A DNA stretch of 64,000 bases from Mobula birostris (taxonomy: Eukaryota). This document shows positions 24,230 to 37,772 of the stretch, one piece after another. The notes beneath the pieces were generated by a model. That model was not told where the DNA came from. It saw nothing but the letters and a program-made list of their open reading frames with translations, and did not search any database. The DNA lies in the NCBI RefSeq assembly GCF_030028105.1, contig NC_092376.1, positions 105,584,230-105,648,229 on the forward strand, read 5' to 3'. Position 1 is the stretch's first letter, and each line of letters opens with the position of its first letter. Both the position numbers and the translations under genes were made by a program.

Positions 24230-24680
24230 AGATAACATTCAAGTAAATGTGGTCAATGTAATGGACATTTCCAACAAGAAAGAATTTAGTCATCTACCCA
24301 TGATATTCCGTGCCATGAACAGCATTGATTCCCCCACCTTTAGGTTGGCCAGGAGCAGTCACTAGTGACCAGAAATTTGACTGTACAGGCAGACGAATTC
24401 TATAGCTCAAAAGCTTGGAAACCTGGAATAGCTAATTTTTTCCTGACCAGCAACACCACCTGCATTTGTCTCTCTAAGCTACTCAATATCTTCGTTAGAA
24501 ATACGTTTCTCTTCCTTTGCTGTCACCGCATTAACTCTGCTCAACAGTCTGCAGACATCAACTGACAGCACTTTAAGGAGACCGGAGCAGATGAAAGAAA
24601 TAGCTAACCAAGGTAATTAGGAATGGGTATTAAATGCTGGTCTTGCCATTGATGCCCACATCCCTTTAATTAAGTGAGGT
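24230..24680 (+). mobile_element. Old LINE (CR1/L2-like) 3' relic
   Basis: 3' end GTAATTAGGAATGGGTATTAAATGCTGGTCTTGCCATTGATGCCCACATCCC. Confidence 0.5.
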
Positions 24681-24994
24681 GCTCTCTGTAAATTTAAAGC
24701 AGACCCTCTTCAGTGTATGCAATAAGTATTTCTGAATATTCAATCTACTAACGTGCCAAGACTGTTTTTTCAATTTGTGTGATACAAACAATAAATTCAC
24801 TTTTATTAGGAATGTCTTCTAATATGAAAATAAATTGGCTTGATGATAAATAATTTTCTGTGTCACTCATGTGTAATCACCCATCTATCCTGATAGGGAT
24901 CCCTTGATAGTTAGTTACAACACAGGTATCTTATAATTAATATTGTCCATTTTACCTAAATTCCTGCTTGTGAGCCTAACTTTAGATACAACAC

Positions 24995-25830
24995 TGAGTC
25001 ATGTCCTCGGCAAAAATTCTCTGATGACTCAGCGATATTTGAGTGTATAAAGGGAGGACAGGAGGATGAATGCAGGCCCTGGTGGAGGACTTTGTCAAAT
25101 GGTGCAAGCTGAATCATCCACAGCTCAACATCAGTAAAACAAAGGAGATGGTGATGGACTTTAGGAAGACTAAGTCTACATTGTTCCCTGTTACTACTGA
25201 GGACCTACAAGTACCTGGGCGTGCACCTGGATGACAGACTTCAGTGGAGCACTAACACAGAGGCTGTGTACAAGAAGGGCCAGAGTCACCTCTACTTCCT
25301 AAGGAGACTGAGGTCCTTCAGAGTACGCAGGCCTCTCCTTCACATGTTCCACCAGTCTGTTGTCGACAGTACACTCTTCTGTGCGGTGGTGAGCTGGGGC
25401 AATGCCATCGACACGGCTGATGCCAACAAGCTCAATAAACTGATTAAAACAGCTGGCTCTGTTATAGGAGTCAAATTGGACACACTGTAGGCTGTGGTAA
25501 AACAAAGGTCCCTACAGAAAATCCTGGCAATTCTGGACAATGTTTCTCACACTCTGCATATCACCTTTGCTGAATAGAAGAGCACTTCCTGTAATAGACT
25601 AAGACAACAGCGCTTCTCCCAAGTGCACTATCGGAGATCATTCTCACACTTGGCCATTAGGCTCCATAATGAGACAACCTATAGCCAGGGAAGTGATGAC
25701 CCCCTCCTGTTAGACTGTTTGTGGTAACTTATTTTTTATTCTTTCTACTCCTCTTCAAATAATTATATCTGTGCACTTGTTATGCTACTATGACACTGCA
25801 ATTTCCCTTGGGATTAATCTTTCTATCCAT
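24995..25830 (+). mobile_element. Rex1/Babar LINE, 5'-truncated
   Basis: KFSDDSA, LNISKTKEMVMDFRK, YKYLGVHLDDRL, KKGQSHLYFLRRLRSF. Confidence 0.85.
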
Positions 25831-25891
25831 TACCTATTGAAGCAACAGGTTGTGGTGAATGGAATGGAAAAACAAAAATACTTATATTGAA

Positions 25892-26111
25892 TGCAAACAA
25901 CAGGAATTCTGCAGATGCTGGAAATTCAAGCAACACACATAAAAGTTGCTGGTGAACGCAGCAGGCCAGGCAGCATCTCTAGGAAGAGGTGCAGTCGATG
26001 TTTCAGGCTGAGACCAGTCCTGACGAAGGGACTCGGCCTGAAACGTCGACTGCACCTCTTCCTAGAGAAGCTGCCTGGCCTGCTGCGTTCACCAGCAACT
26101 TTTACGTGTGT
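25892..26111. mobile_element. 220-bp fold-back PLE mini-element
   Basis: Inverted arms ~25931-26015 and ~26028-26112; TSD TACTTATATTGAA at 25879-25891 and 26112-26124. Confidence 0.92.
26016..26051 (+). ncRNA. Minimal hammerhead ribozyme motif (intact core)
   Basis: AGTC-CTGACGA-AGGGACTCGGCCT-GAAAC-GTC-GACT. Confidence 0.85.
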
Positions 26112-26519
26112 TACTTATATTGAAGCTGAGCCAGTCGAGCTGTGTGGTGGCAGCACTAACTGCTGTGCTACTCTGCTACACACTGAGGCAGGATGGTCCC
26201 ATGGATCCATTAGCCCCCAGAAGCTGAGGATGCAAGGTATGAATGAAGGATGGCCCTAAGCAGGGCAAAAGGAGTTCCATGGAGACAAAGCCTCTTTAAC
26301 CACAATGTTTTGATTTGCCTTGGGCTTGTCTTAGTGTGCAGGTAACTTAGAGTCTAAGTTAGACCACTGTTGATTGTACCCTAAACTGCTTATCAATAAA
26401 CTAAGTTCAGTATTGCCCAGTTTCTTTGAAAATGGATGTGAAACATTTTAAAAGATCAAGACTTAATGTGATAACTTATGCTGTTGAACATTATAGACAG
26501 CACATGAATATTGGAAATA

Positions 26520-27330
26520 GTCCATAAGACCCAAGAGCAGAATGAAGCTGTTCGGCCTCTAGAGTCTGCTCTGCCATTCAATCATGGCTGATTTATTATC
26601 TCTCTCAACCCCATGCTCCTGCCTTCTCCCTGTAACTATTGGCACCCTGACTAATCAAAAAACTATCAACATCTTCTTTAAATACAAATGTATATCTAAT
26701 GATTTGGCCTCCACAGCAGTGTGTGGCAATGAATTCCACAGATTTCCCACACTCTGGCTCAAGAAATTCCTCCTCATCTCTGTTAAAATGGGATATTCTT
26801 CTATACTGAGGCTGTGCTCTCTGGTCCTAGAGTCCTCCACTATAGGAACCATCCACTCCATCTAGATCTTTCAATATTTTACAGGTTTCAATGAGAACAC
26901 CCTTCATTCTTCTAAACTTCAGTGGGTACAGGCCCAGAGTCATCAAATACCTCTCACACATTAACCCTTTCATTCAAAGGATCATTCTCATTCTCATAAA
27001 CCTCGTCTGGACCCTTTCCAATGCTAGCATTTCCTTTCTTAGATAGGGGGCTCAAAATTTGCTCACAATACTCCAAATGTAGCCTGACCAGTTCTTTATA
27101 AAGCACTGAACCTCCCAAGACCCTTTGCACCTCAGATTTCTGAATTTCCTCCCTGTTTATAAATTAGTCTACAATTTATACCTTCTACGAAAGCACATAA
27201 CCATACGCTCCCCTATACTATATTCCATTTGCTATTTCTTTGCCCATTTTCTGTCTGTTTGTCTTTTTGCAGACTCCTTTCTTCCTTAGTGCTATGTGAC
27301 CCTCCACCTATCTTCACATCGTCCTCAGAA
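26520..27330 (-). mobile_element. CR1 LINE 3' fragment
   Basis: EMRRNFLSQSVGNLWNSLP and CR1 tail on the minus strand. Confidence 0.85.
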
Positions 27331-27639
27331 TCCTCAGAATTAAATTTCACAGCTAGATTAATTCATCCATCCACCAGGAATAAGAAACAGAAGCATGATA
27401 CACTGGCCTATGTTTTCTCTTAGTCAGCTTTTTTTGGTACGTGCTAACTTTGGTTCAAATTAAGTGAGTCTTCCTTTGACAAGCCAAACTCTCCATATAG
27501 ATTTATATAGACAACAGATTGCCCCATGATTTCCACCTTTTCTGTCTCCTCACATGCACATGAAATTAGTTCCCGGTTAGCTGAATGGAAGGTTTGCTTA
27601 TTCAAGTATACTTTTGCAACAGATGCAGCTTGAACATCT

Positions 27640-30523
27640 GATCTGAGATAACATGTGTTGCATGGAGGGGCGATGTGTGGTTTAAACTTGAGTTGCAAGG
27701 GGGTGGGAACCAGAGTGCCAGAACCAGTAGTGGAGAGGTTGAGGAGACAGAAGTTATTAAGACTGCAGACAAAGTCAGGAATCAAAGGTTGAGCATGGTG
27801 CGATGAATGTTCTGAGCTGTGTATATTTCAATACAAGAAGTATTGTAGAAAAAGCAAGTGAGCTCAGGGCATGGATCAACACATGGAATTATGATATCAT
27901 AGCCATTAGTGAGACTTGGTTGAAGAAGGGGCAGGACTAGCAGCTCAGTATTCTAGGGTTCCATTATTTTAGATGCGACAGAGTGGGAGGGATTAAAGGG
28001 AGAGGGATGGTGTTACTAGTCATGGAAAATGTCACAGCAGTGCTCAGTCAGGACAAACTGGAGAATTCATCTAATGAGGCTTTATGAGTCAAAATGAGGA
28101 ATAAGAAAGATAGGACAACGTTAATGGGCCTATATTATAGTTGGTGATTTTAACTTTCCACATATTGACTGGAACTCCCATACTGTAAAATTATTAGATA
28201 GGATAGAGTTTGTCAAATGTGTTCAGGAAAGATCCTTTAATCAGTACTTAGAAGTCCCAACAAGAGCATTGTGATGCTTGATCTGTGCTTAGGGAATGAG
28301 ACAGGACAGATGACAGAAGTTTTTCTAGGGGAACAGTTAATATCTAGTGATCATAATGCCATTAGTTTCAAAGTGAACATGCAAAAAGATAGGTCCAGTC
28401 CACAGGTTGAGATTCTAAATTGGAGAATGGCCAGTTTTGATAGTATCGGAAAGGATGTGGCAAGTGTGTTTCAAACAGGCTGTTTTCTGCCAAAGGAATA
28501 CTTGGTAAGTGGGAGGCCTTCCAAAGTAAAACTTGGAAGTCCAAATCTTGTATGTGCCTGTCAGAATAAAAGGTAAAGATAACAGGTTTAAGAACTTTGG
28601 TTATCAGGAGATATTGAAGCCACGGTTAAGGAAAAAAAAGAGGTGCATAGCAGGTGTGGGCAGGTAGGAACAAATGAGGTATTTATGGAGTATAAGAAAT
28701 GTAAGAAAGAAATCAAAAGGGCTGAAATAAGGCATGAAGTTGCTCTAGCAAACTAGGTGAAGGAGAATCCTAAGGGATTCTACAGATATGTTAAGAGCAA
28801 AACGATTACATAGGACAAATCTGATCCTCTAGAAGATCAGAATGATAATCTATGCATGGAGGCAAAAGAGATGGGGAGATCTTAAATTGATTTTTTTTTG
28901 CATTTGTGTTTACTCAGGAGATGGACACAGAGTTTATACTAGTGAGGCAAAGCAGCAACGTGGTCATGGACCAAATACAGATTACAGAGGAGGAGGTGTT
29001 TGCTGTCTTGAGGGTGGATAAATCTCCAGGGCCTGACGAAGTGCTCTCTCAGACCCTGTGGAAGGTAAAGGCAGAAACTGTGGGGGCTTTAGCTGAGATA
29101 CAATATTTAAATCACCCTTAGTGACAGGTGAGGTACAAGAGAATTGGAAGATACCTTCTGCTGTTCAAGAGAGGCTCTAAAAAAAAACCTGGAAATTTTA
29201 GGCTAATGAGCCTGACGTAAGTAGTAGGAAAGTTATTGGAATGTATTCTAAGGGCCTGGATATATGAGTATTTGGATAGGCATGGACTGATTAAGGATAG
29301 TCAGCATGGCTTTATGCGTGGTAGGTCATGTTAACCAATCTTAGGGTTTTTTTGAGGAAGCTACAAGGAATGCTGATGAAGACAAGGCAGCGGATGTGTC
29401 TACATGGACTTTAGCAAGGCACTTGACAAAGTATCACATGGGAAGTTGGTCAAGAAGGTTCAGTAACTTGGCATTCAAGGGAGATAGTAAATTGGATTAG
29501 ATACAGGCTTTAAGGGAGAAGCTGGACTGTGGTAGTAGATGCTTGTCTCTCTGACTGGAGGCCTGTGACTAGCGGAGTGCCGCAGAGATTGGTGCTGCAT
29601 CTATTGTTGTTTGTCATCTATATCAATGATCTAGGTGACAATGTGGCTAACTATATCAGCAAATTTGTGGATGACACCAGGATTTGGGGTGTAATGGACA
29701 ATGAGGAATTCTATCAGAGATTGCAACAGGTTTTGGACCAGCAATGGCAAATGGAATTTAATGCACAGCACTGTGAGGTGTTGCACTTTGGTAGGACCAT
29801 CCAGAGTAGGTCTTACACAGTCGATGGTAGGACACTGAGGAGCATAGTAGAACAAAAGGCTTGAAAATACAGGTTTACAATTCATTGAAAGTGGTGTCAC
29901 AAGCTGATAGGTTCGTAAAGAAAACTTTTGGCATATTAGCCTTCATAAATCAAAATATTGAGTACAGGATATAGGAGGTTATATTGAAGTTGTATAAGAA
30001 GCTGGTGAGGCCTTACATGTGCAGTTTTGGTCACCTACCTGCAGGAAAGATATAAATAAGTTTGAAACAGCACAGAAAAAAGGAAGGATGTTGAGGAACT
30101 GAATTAAAAGGAAATATTGAACAGGTTAGGACTTTATTCCCTGGAATGTAGGAGACTGAGTGGAGGCTTGAAAGAAATATACTGAATTATGAGGGGAATA
30201 AATAGGATAAATGCAAGCAGGCTTTTTCCATTGGGGCTATGGGTTAAGGGTGAAAAGTGAGAATTTTAAGGGGAATATGAGAGGGAACTTCTTCACTCAG
30301 AGGGTTGTGAGAGTGTGGACTGAGCTGCCAGTGCAAGTGGTGCATGGAAGCACGATTTCAATGTTTAAGAGAAGTTTGGATAGGTACCTAAATGGTAAGG
30401 ATATGGAGAGCTCTGGTCTGGGTGCAGGTCAATGGGAGTATGCAGTTTAAATGGTTCAGCATGGACTAGATGCATCAAAGGGCCTGTTTCTGTGCTGTAC
30501 TTTTCTATGACTCAATGACTCTA
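27640..30523 (+). mobile_element. CR1 (HER1-like) LINE: ORF1 end plus near-complete decayed ORF2 (APE + RT)
   Basis: YFNxRSI, AISETW, GDFNFP, SDHNAISF, DKSPGPDE, SQHGF, GVPQ, SKFVDDTR, NFFTQRVVRVW; (ATGACTC) tail. Confidence 0.93.
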
Positions 30524-31719
30524 AGACATTTTCATCAATGTCCCTGTCTTTATATAGACTTTTTTTGATACCTATCTGTCTAATTACATCCCACCCATAC
30601 TCTGGTCTCATTGACTGCAGCCTGGAGATTATTAATAGAATTCACATAATTTTTTTTAGCAAATCAGACTTTTTCACTTATCCTATGAAACAGCTTCCCT
30701 TTAATCTCCAGTTTGACAGATGTGACAGGTGATAGGGGCACCTTTCAAGGGGAGTGAAACCCCCACATAAATAAACTCTAGGCTTTGGTGTTTGGTGAGC
30801 ACTTTCTGTGAACACATTTGTGAGATGAATCAGTAGTCTTCTGGTCTCAACATTCAGTAATACTAGGCTTCTGTGCAGAAAGCAGCATGGGGCATAAATG
30901 ATTGCAATAAATAAATAAACTTTTGTAAGATTTACTGCAATTACAAACTTGTTGGTTTGAACATTTATCAGATAAACAAGGTTACTCATGTTGGCACCTT
31001 GTTAGAATTGTAGTGACATATATATACTCACCTGAATGTTATGTCAGATTTGCTTTTTAGCTTGCTGCACAACATGATTCTGTATGTGCAGAAACCAGTA
31101 CAATAATCAGCAGACAGATGTCTGCCAAATAGAAATGCTTTGCATCGGCCAGAACACAACCGTCAACACATCGACTGACAAACACTTTTAAGAGAAAGAG
31201 AAAATTGGGCCAATTTGCTCTTGTCTAAATTATTAAAAAAATGACAAGAATGACTGAGTGGGAGCCATGGATGACGAAAAGCAAGGAGCTTCGTTCAATA
31301 TATCTTGACAACAATGTAAGTGCTAAGAGAGGTTTTAGTTAAGAAGCCTGGTTCTAGCTTTCTCTATTATTTGTCTGTGTTGCTTTCCTTTAGGTGAAAT
31401 AAACATTGGAGATCTGTAACATTAATTTAAATCAATAGAGATGGTTTATTCTGAAAAGATATATTCTCCAAAGCCTGTGGACCTTTAAAAATCTTAGAAA
31501 GCCAGCACAATATCTCTAATATGTTTGATGAATCCACTTCTTTCATTTGGTCTGTTTCTGATATTCACTAACGTTTCTTTCTTCCTAAACAATGGATAGG
31601 GCAGATTCAACAACAAAAGAGACCATCTGATGGGAAAACTTAGTTGTCCCATCAGTAACTTAGTGATAAAATAGCGCTCTCCTTCAAAATCACCATCTCC
31701 TTCAATCTATGAATCTGAC

Positions 31720-31965
31720 AAATGATGTCTATGTTAATCCCAATTTAAGGCCTATTCACTGTAGGCCCAGTTTGCTTGCTCACTTTTCTCCTTCATCAAC
31801 CTTTATAAACACACAAGGTGATCTTAGAGAGATTGCTGTTTGTGGAACATTGCTATGTGTGTTTTAATTTGTTTCTGCATTACAACAGTAATCACCCCCA
31901 AACATATTTTTATGGGCCATGATATGTATGAGGAAGTACTAAGTTAGTGGAAGATGTCTTGTTAG
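31720..31965 (+). mobile_element. Deu-domain SINE relic
   Basis: ATTGCTGTTTGTGGAACATTGCTATGTG...TGCATTACAACAGTAA. Confidence 0.55.
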
Positions 31966-32052
31966 TAAGCAAATCTTAACTTACTACAGTATTGGAACTG
32001 TCCGCCTCAATAGAACTGTCCCATTGCCTGCTGAACCAATAGAGGAAACTTC

Positions 32053-32475
32053 TGCCTCCAACCTGATAGTATGAACATTGATTTCTGGTAATTGCAACCC
32101 CCCACCCCGGTCCTTCACCATTCCCATTTCCCTCTCTCACTTTATCTCCTTACCTGCCCATCACCTCCCTCTCATGCTCCTCCCCTTTCCCTTTCTTCCA
32201 TGGCCTCCTGTCCTCTCCTATCAGATTCCTCCTTCTCCAGCTTTTTATCTCTTTCACCAATCGACTTCCCAGCTCTTTACGTCACACTCCTTCTCTTGTG
32301 GTTTCATCTACCAACTAATACCCTGTATTTTTTCCCCCCACCTTCTTACTCTGATTTCACATCTTTTTTTCTCCAGTCGGTGGCGGGTCTCGGCCCCAAA
32401 CATCGACTGTTTGCTCTTTTTCATAGATGCTACCTGGCCTGCTGAGTTCTTCCAGCATCTTCTGTTTGTTGCAGG
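32053..32475 (+). mobile_element. Older PLE pLTR fragment with decayed hammerhead (~32374-32410)
   Basis: GCCTCCAACCTGATAGTATGAACATTGATTTC...GGGTCTCGGCCCCAAACATCGACTG. Confidence 0.8.
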
Positions 32476-33769
32476 AAACATAAAGCTTGTTCAATATCTC
32501 TTTTCACAAATGATCAATGTGAATGCAAACTCTGTTATTTCCATTCTGAGAAGAAACCCATTGTAGAGCATTTCATCAACATTCTGTCATCAGAACATGA
32601 AGACACACTTTTCTATTAGCAAGCTGAGTTGGCATCTTGCCAGAAGTTCGCATTCTTTTATGTAAGTTAGAAAATTAATTCCAGTATTCCTGCTGGTGAA
32701 TAAACAAAGAGTGGTTGATTTGTTAATCACTTTTTATAGTGTTATTCTATTTTCTCTAGCTTGTAGTTTCTGATCTGCAATTTTAGTGGAATGTTACCAT
32801 TCTGTGGAGTCATATTCACAGTAGACACTGCTTGGTGAATTTCACAAAATGTGTTAGCTGGAAAGCTTGTCAGAAGCAAAAGTCCAAAAGTCTTCAGGCC
32901 AGTAAGGGGAGTAAGGGAGGAGGAAGGAAGCGATGTAAAAAAAAGGTGGGGTTGACAGATTGATATGTGCTGAGAAGGTTAAAAGCTAAAGATGTTGTGA
33001 AAAAGGGACAAATTACAACAAAAATAAGGGAGTCTGTAAACAATATGACTCTCTTAACATGGGTCAGTAATTGATATGCATGTTAAATGATTATGGGCGC
33101 AATAGATTTTTTTTTGACTAACATGATCTGAACTGGAGCCTTAGATTTTCCCCATTCAGTTGAAGAAATGATTTCCAGACTGCATTGCTTTAGGAAGCAC
33201 TGCCTGTTATGGGAGTTGGATGAGATGCTCTGAATGTGCAAACTATAGCAGCTGGAGTTTCTTGTGCAGAACTGTGGGATTGTTTGCTTTGTGTTTGGAA
33301 ATATTTCAATGAAATGTTTTATTATTGCTGATGTTATGGAAAAAATGCTGATGTACATGCACACATCTCCTTAAAGGCTACTACACTAAATCCTAAAAAT
33401 CCACAAGAAATGGGAATACAAACTTCCACAAATATTAAGTGTGTACACCATTGAAGCCCTCTTCCTTCTAGTGCATCATCCCAAATACACACAATGTGCC
33501 TTGTTGTGTTCTAAATGTATTAGTAAGCACATTGAAACATGTAATTTTCCAAAACAAAATGATGTAAATGACTTCCATTGAAATTTACAAGCAGTGGTAA
33601 GTTTAAAATCGCAAGTTGCAGTTGTATAACTATTTATTCTATTCTATCGGATAGTGTAGAGCAAGGAGCCAATAGTCAGTGGCTTGGAAATTGATCACTG
33701 TCTTTTGATAGACTGCGATCGGCCCCTCAACAAACACATATGCATTGGTATATTTACACAAAGGGAGAT

Positions 33770-34262
33770 GATGAAATCTGGTGTGGGAAAGAACTCATAA
33801 AGCTGGAAAGAGTGCAGCAGAAATTCATAAGGTTGTTGACTTGGACTTGTGGAACTGAGTTATGGAGAAGGCTTGAGCAGGTTGGGACTATTTATATTGG
33901 AGTGCAGGAGAATGAGGGCAATCATATAGTGCTGTATAAAATCATGAGGGGCACAGGTAGGGTCAACATGTACAATCTTTTAGCTAGCATTGAGAATCAA
34001 GAACAAGTAGACATTGGTTTGAACTGAGAGGGGAGAGATTTAATAGGAATGTGATAGGCAACTTTGTCACACAGAAAGTAGTCAGTATGTGGAATGTGCT
34101 GCCAGAGGAAGTGGTTGAGACAAGTACATTAACAATATTTGATAAATACTTGGGTAGCTACATAGATAGGAAAGGTTTTATGCTTTGGACCATAGGAAAG
34201 GGTCTATGAACCCCAGGGTGGGAACCCCTGGTTTAAAGCGATTTGTGCCAAACACATACCAA
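33770..34262 (+). mobile_element. Older CR1 3' fragment (tail resumes ~36305-36357); contains a possible hAT-MITE end at ~34175-34230
   Basis: LERVQQKFIRLL; CAGGGTGGGAACCCCTG resembles a hAT/Charlie TIR. Confidence 0.7.
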
Positions 34263-36300
34263 TGGTACAGGGAAAGGATCGTAGGGTACAGGAACCATGG
34301 TGTACAAAGGCTGCTGAAAATCTAATCAAGAAGAAAAGAAAAGCTTACGAAAGCATCATAAAACTAAGTAATGATAGAAACCTAGAAGATTAAAAGGGTA
34401 ATAGGAAGGAGCTTAAGAATGAAATTAGGAGAGCCAGAAGGGGCCATGAGAAGACTTTGGTGAGCAGGATTAAAGAAAACCCCAAGGCACTCTACAAGTA
34501 TATGAAGAGCAAGAGGATAAGACGTGAAAGAATAGGACCAATCAAGAGTGACAGTGGAATAGTGTGTATAGAATCAGAGGCAATAGCTGAGGAACTTAAT
34601 GAATACCTTGGTTCAGTATTTACTAAGGAAAAGGATTTTGCTGATTATAAGGATGACCTACAGTGGACTGAAAAGCTTGAGCATATAGACATTAAGAAAG
34701 AGGATGTGCTGGAGCTTTTGGAAAGCATTAAGTTGGATAAGTCTCAGGGATCGGACGAGATGTACCCCAGGTTGCTGTGGGAGGCAAGGGAGGAGATTGC
34801 TGAGCCTCTGGTAATGATCTTTGCATCTTCAATGGAAATGGGTGATGTTCCAGAGGATTAAAGGGTTGCAGATGTTATTCTTTTATTCAAGAAAAGGAGT
34901 AGAGATAATCTGGGAAATTATAGACCAGTGAGTCTTACTTCAGTCATTGGTAAGCTGATGGAAAAGATCCTGAGAGGCAGGATTTATGAACATTTGGAGA
35001 GGCATAATATGATTAGGAATAGTCAGCATGGCTTTGTTAAAGCCAGGTTGTGCCTTATGAGCCTGATTGAATTTTTTGAGGATGTGACTAAACACATTGA
35101 TGAAGGTAGAGCATTAGATGTGGTGTATATGGATTTCAGCAAGGCATTTGATAAGGTACCCCATACAAGGCGTTTTGAGAAAGTAAGGACACATGGGATC
35201 CAAGGGAACCTTGCTTTGTGGATCCAGAATTGGCTTGCTTACAGAAGGCAAAGAGTGGTTATAGACGGGTCATATACTGCATGAATGTCGGTAACCAGTG
35301 TGTGCCTCAGGGATCTGTTCTGGGATGGCTTCTCTTTGTGATTTTTATAAATGACCTGGATGAGTAAGTGGAGGGATAAGTTAGTAAATTTACTGATGAT
35401 ACAAAGGTTGGGGGTGTTGTGGATAGTGTGGAGAGCTGTCAGAGGTTACAACGGGAAATTGATAGGATGCAAAACTGGGCTGAGAAGCAGCAGGTGGCGT
35501 TCAACCCAGATAAGTGTGAGGTCATTCATTTTGGTAGGTCAAATATGATGTCGGAATATAGTATTAATGGTAAGACTCCTGGCAGTATGGAGGATGAGAG
35601 AGATCTTGGGGTCCAAGTCCATAGGACACTCAATGTGCAGGTTGACTCTGTGGTTAAGAAGGCATACGAGATGCATTGGCCTTCATCAACCATGGGACTG
35701 AGTTTATGAGCCGAGAGGTAATGTTGCAGCTATATAGGATCCTGGTCAGACCCCACTTGGAGTACTGTGCTCAATTCTGGCCGCCTCACTACGGGAAGGA
35801 TGTAGAAACTATAGAAAGGGTGCAGAGGAGATTTAAAAGGATGTTGCCTGGGTTGGGGAGCATGCTTTACGAGAATATTTTGAGTGAACTTGGCCTTTTC
35901 TCCTTTGAGTCACGGAGGATGAGGGGTAACCTGATAGAGGTGTATAAGATGTTGAGGGACATTGATCATGTGGATAGTCAGAAGCTTTTTCCCAGAGCTG
36001 AAATGGTTATCACAAGAGGGCACAGTTTTAAGGTGCTTTGAAGTAGGTACCGAGGAGATGTCAGGGGTAAGTATTTTATGCTAGAGTGATGAGTGTGTGG
36101 AATGGGCTGCCAGTGATGGTGGTGGAGGCAAATACGATGGGTTCTTTTAAGAGACTCCTGGATAGGTACATGGAGCTTAGAAAAGTAGAGGGCTATGGGT
36201 AACCCTAGGTGATTTCTAAAGTAAGTACATGTTTGGCACAGCATTCTGGGCCAAAGGGCCTGTATTGTGCTGTAGTTTTTCTATGTTCTATGTTTCTATG
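34263..36300 (+). mobile_element. CR1 (HER1-like) LINE ORF2, 5'-truncated and relatively young
   Basis: IKENPKALYKY, SQHGFVK, DVVYMDFSKAFDKVPH, LVRPHLEYCAQFW; (TTTCTATG)n tail. Confidence 0.95.
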
Positions 36301-36357
36301 TACAAAAGGGGTTAACTTAGATGAGATCTTGATTGTCATGGATGAGTTGGGCTGAAA

Positions 36358-37400
36358 GGGTGGCATAGTAGTGTAGCAGTTAGCATAACACAAATAAGGT
36401 GCCAGTGATTAGGGATCAGGTTTCAAATACCCCCCGTCGTTTGTATGGGACTTGTAGGTTCTTCTCATGACTGTGTGGATTTCCTCCAGATGCACCAGTT
36501 TCCTCCCACATTCCACGTAAATTCTGGCAACACACACGCGCTTTCCCAAGTGCATATTCAGTCTGTGTTGGTACTTGAGGCAAATGACGCATTTCAAAGG
36601 TTCCAAGATTCATTTGCTATCAAAGTATGTATGCAGTATACAACTCTGACATTCTTCTTCTCCAGATAGCCACAAAACAAAGAAAACCGTGAAAGTCAGT
36701 TCAGACAGAAAGAGCAAACCCACCCCCTCCCACACAAAGAAAAGAATGGCAACACTATCATCAACACCCAAACCCCACTCCCTTGCACAAAAAAAACTGG
36801 CAAAAATGCAACAAGAACATTGACCCTCAGATCCCCATCTTCTCATACAAAAATACAATGAGAAAGAATGCACAAAAACACAGAATATGAAAATCATAAG
36901 ACTAAAAATAGTCCATATTCCAAATCCATAAATGCAGAAAAATCAGTAAAATCCTCCAACATCATCAAAAAAGAGAGACAAAGGCCTACCCTCCAGGCAC
37001 AGTGATAGGCCACAAAGGCTTTTTCTTTGGCAGCAGAGCAATCCCACCAGCAATCAGCAGGCAGGTAGTCACGACTTGCCCTCTGCATTCACTTCAATGT
37101 TTCAATCTTCCCCATGGCTTTAATCGGTGAAATGGAGTCAATCATCGGTTTGCACCCTGTTTCATAGTTCCTTCGCTGGGTCATTCAGTTGATCTCCAAA
37201 CTGTAAATCACAGGCTCTAACAGTTCCAGAAACGCATTCAAGATGAAACTCAGATGTAAAAGAAGAGAAATAAATAGTTTCATGGTCTATCCAGAAGATG
37301 TCAAGCAAGGGAGCATTGTACTCAGGCACCATCTTGGGGTCACTCTATGCTTAACTGTTTCGATATACATGTGACAAATAAAGCCAATCTAGTAATCTTT
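36358..37400 (+). mobile_element. V-SINE/HE1-like SINE split by a nested minus-strand non-autonomous retroelement (~36595-37340)
   Basis: Head GGTGGCATAGTAGTGTAGCAGTTAGC; core TTTCCTCCAGATGCACCAGTTTCCTCCCACATTCCA; the SINE tail resumes after 37340. Confidence 0.7.
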
Positions 37401-37524
37401 CATCTTTACCATGCCAAATAACCCAATGACTCAATGACTGAGTTCAGGAAGTATTCAGATGGAATGATGGAATGTTGGCTATTATCTCCAAGAAGTCAGG
37501 ACTCATCATAAGATAAGTGATATA

Positions 37525-37772
37525 CCATAGGCTAGTGTGATAGTCTAGAGGTAACAAAGTGGATAACATAACGATATTACAACAGCAGTGACCTGGGTTC
37601 AAATCTGCCACTATTCTTCCCATAACTGCGTGGGTTTCCTCTGGGTGTTCCAGTTTCCTCCCACATTTCAAAGACTAAGGGTTAAAAGGTTAATTGGTCA
37701 CATAGTGTAATTAGGCAGTGTGAGTTCAGTGAGATGGAAGGGGTTATTACCATACTGCATCTCTAAGAAAAT
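37525..37772 (+). mobile_element. V-SINE/HE1-like SINE
   Basis: B-box GGTTCAAATC; core TGCGTGGGTTTCCTCTGGGTGTTCCAGTTTCCTCCCACAT. Confidence 0.75.
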
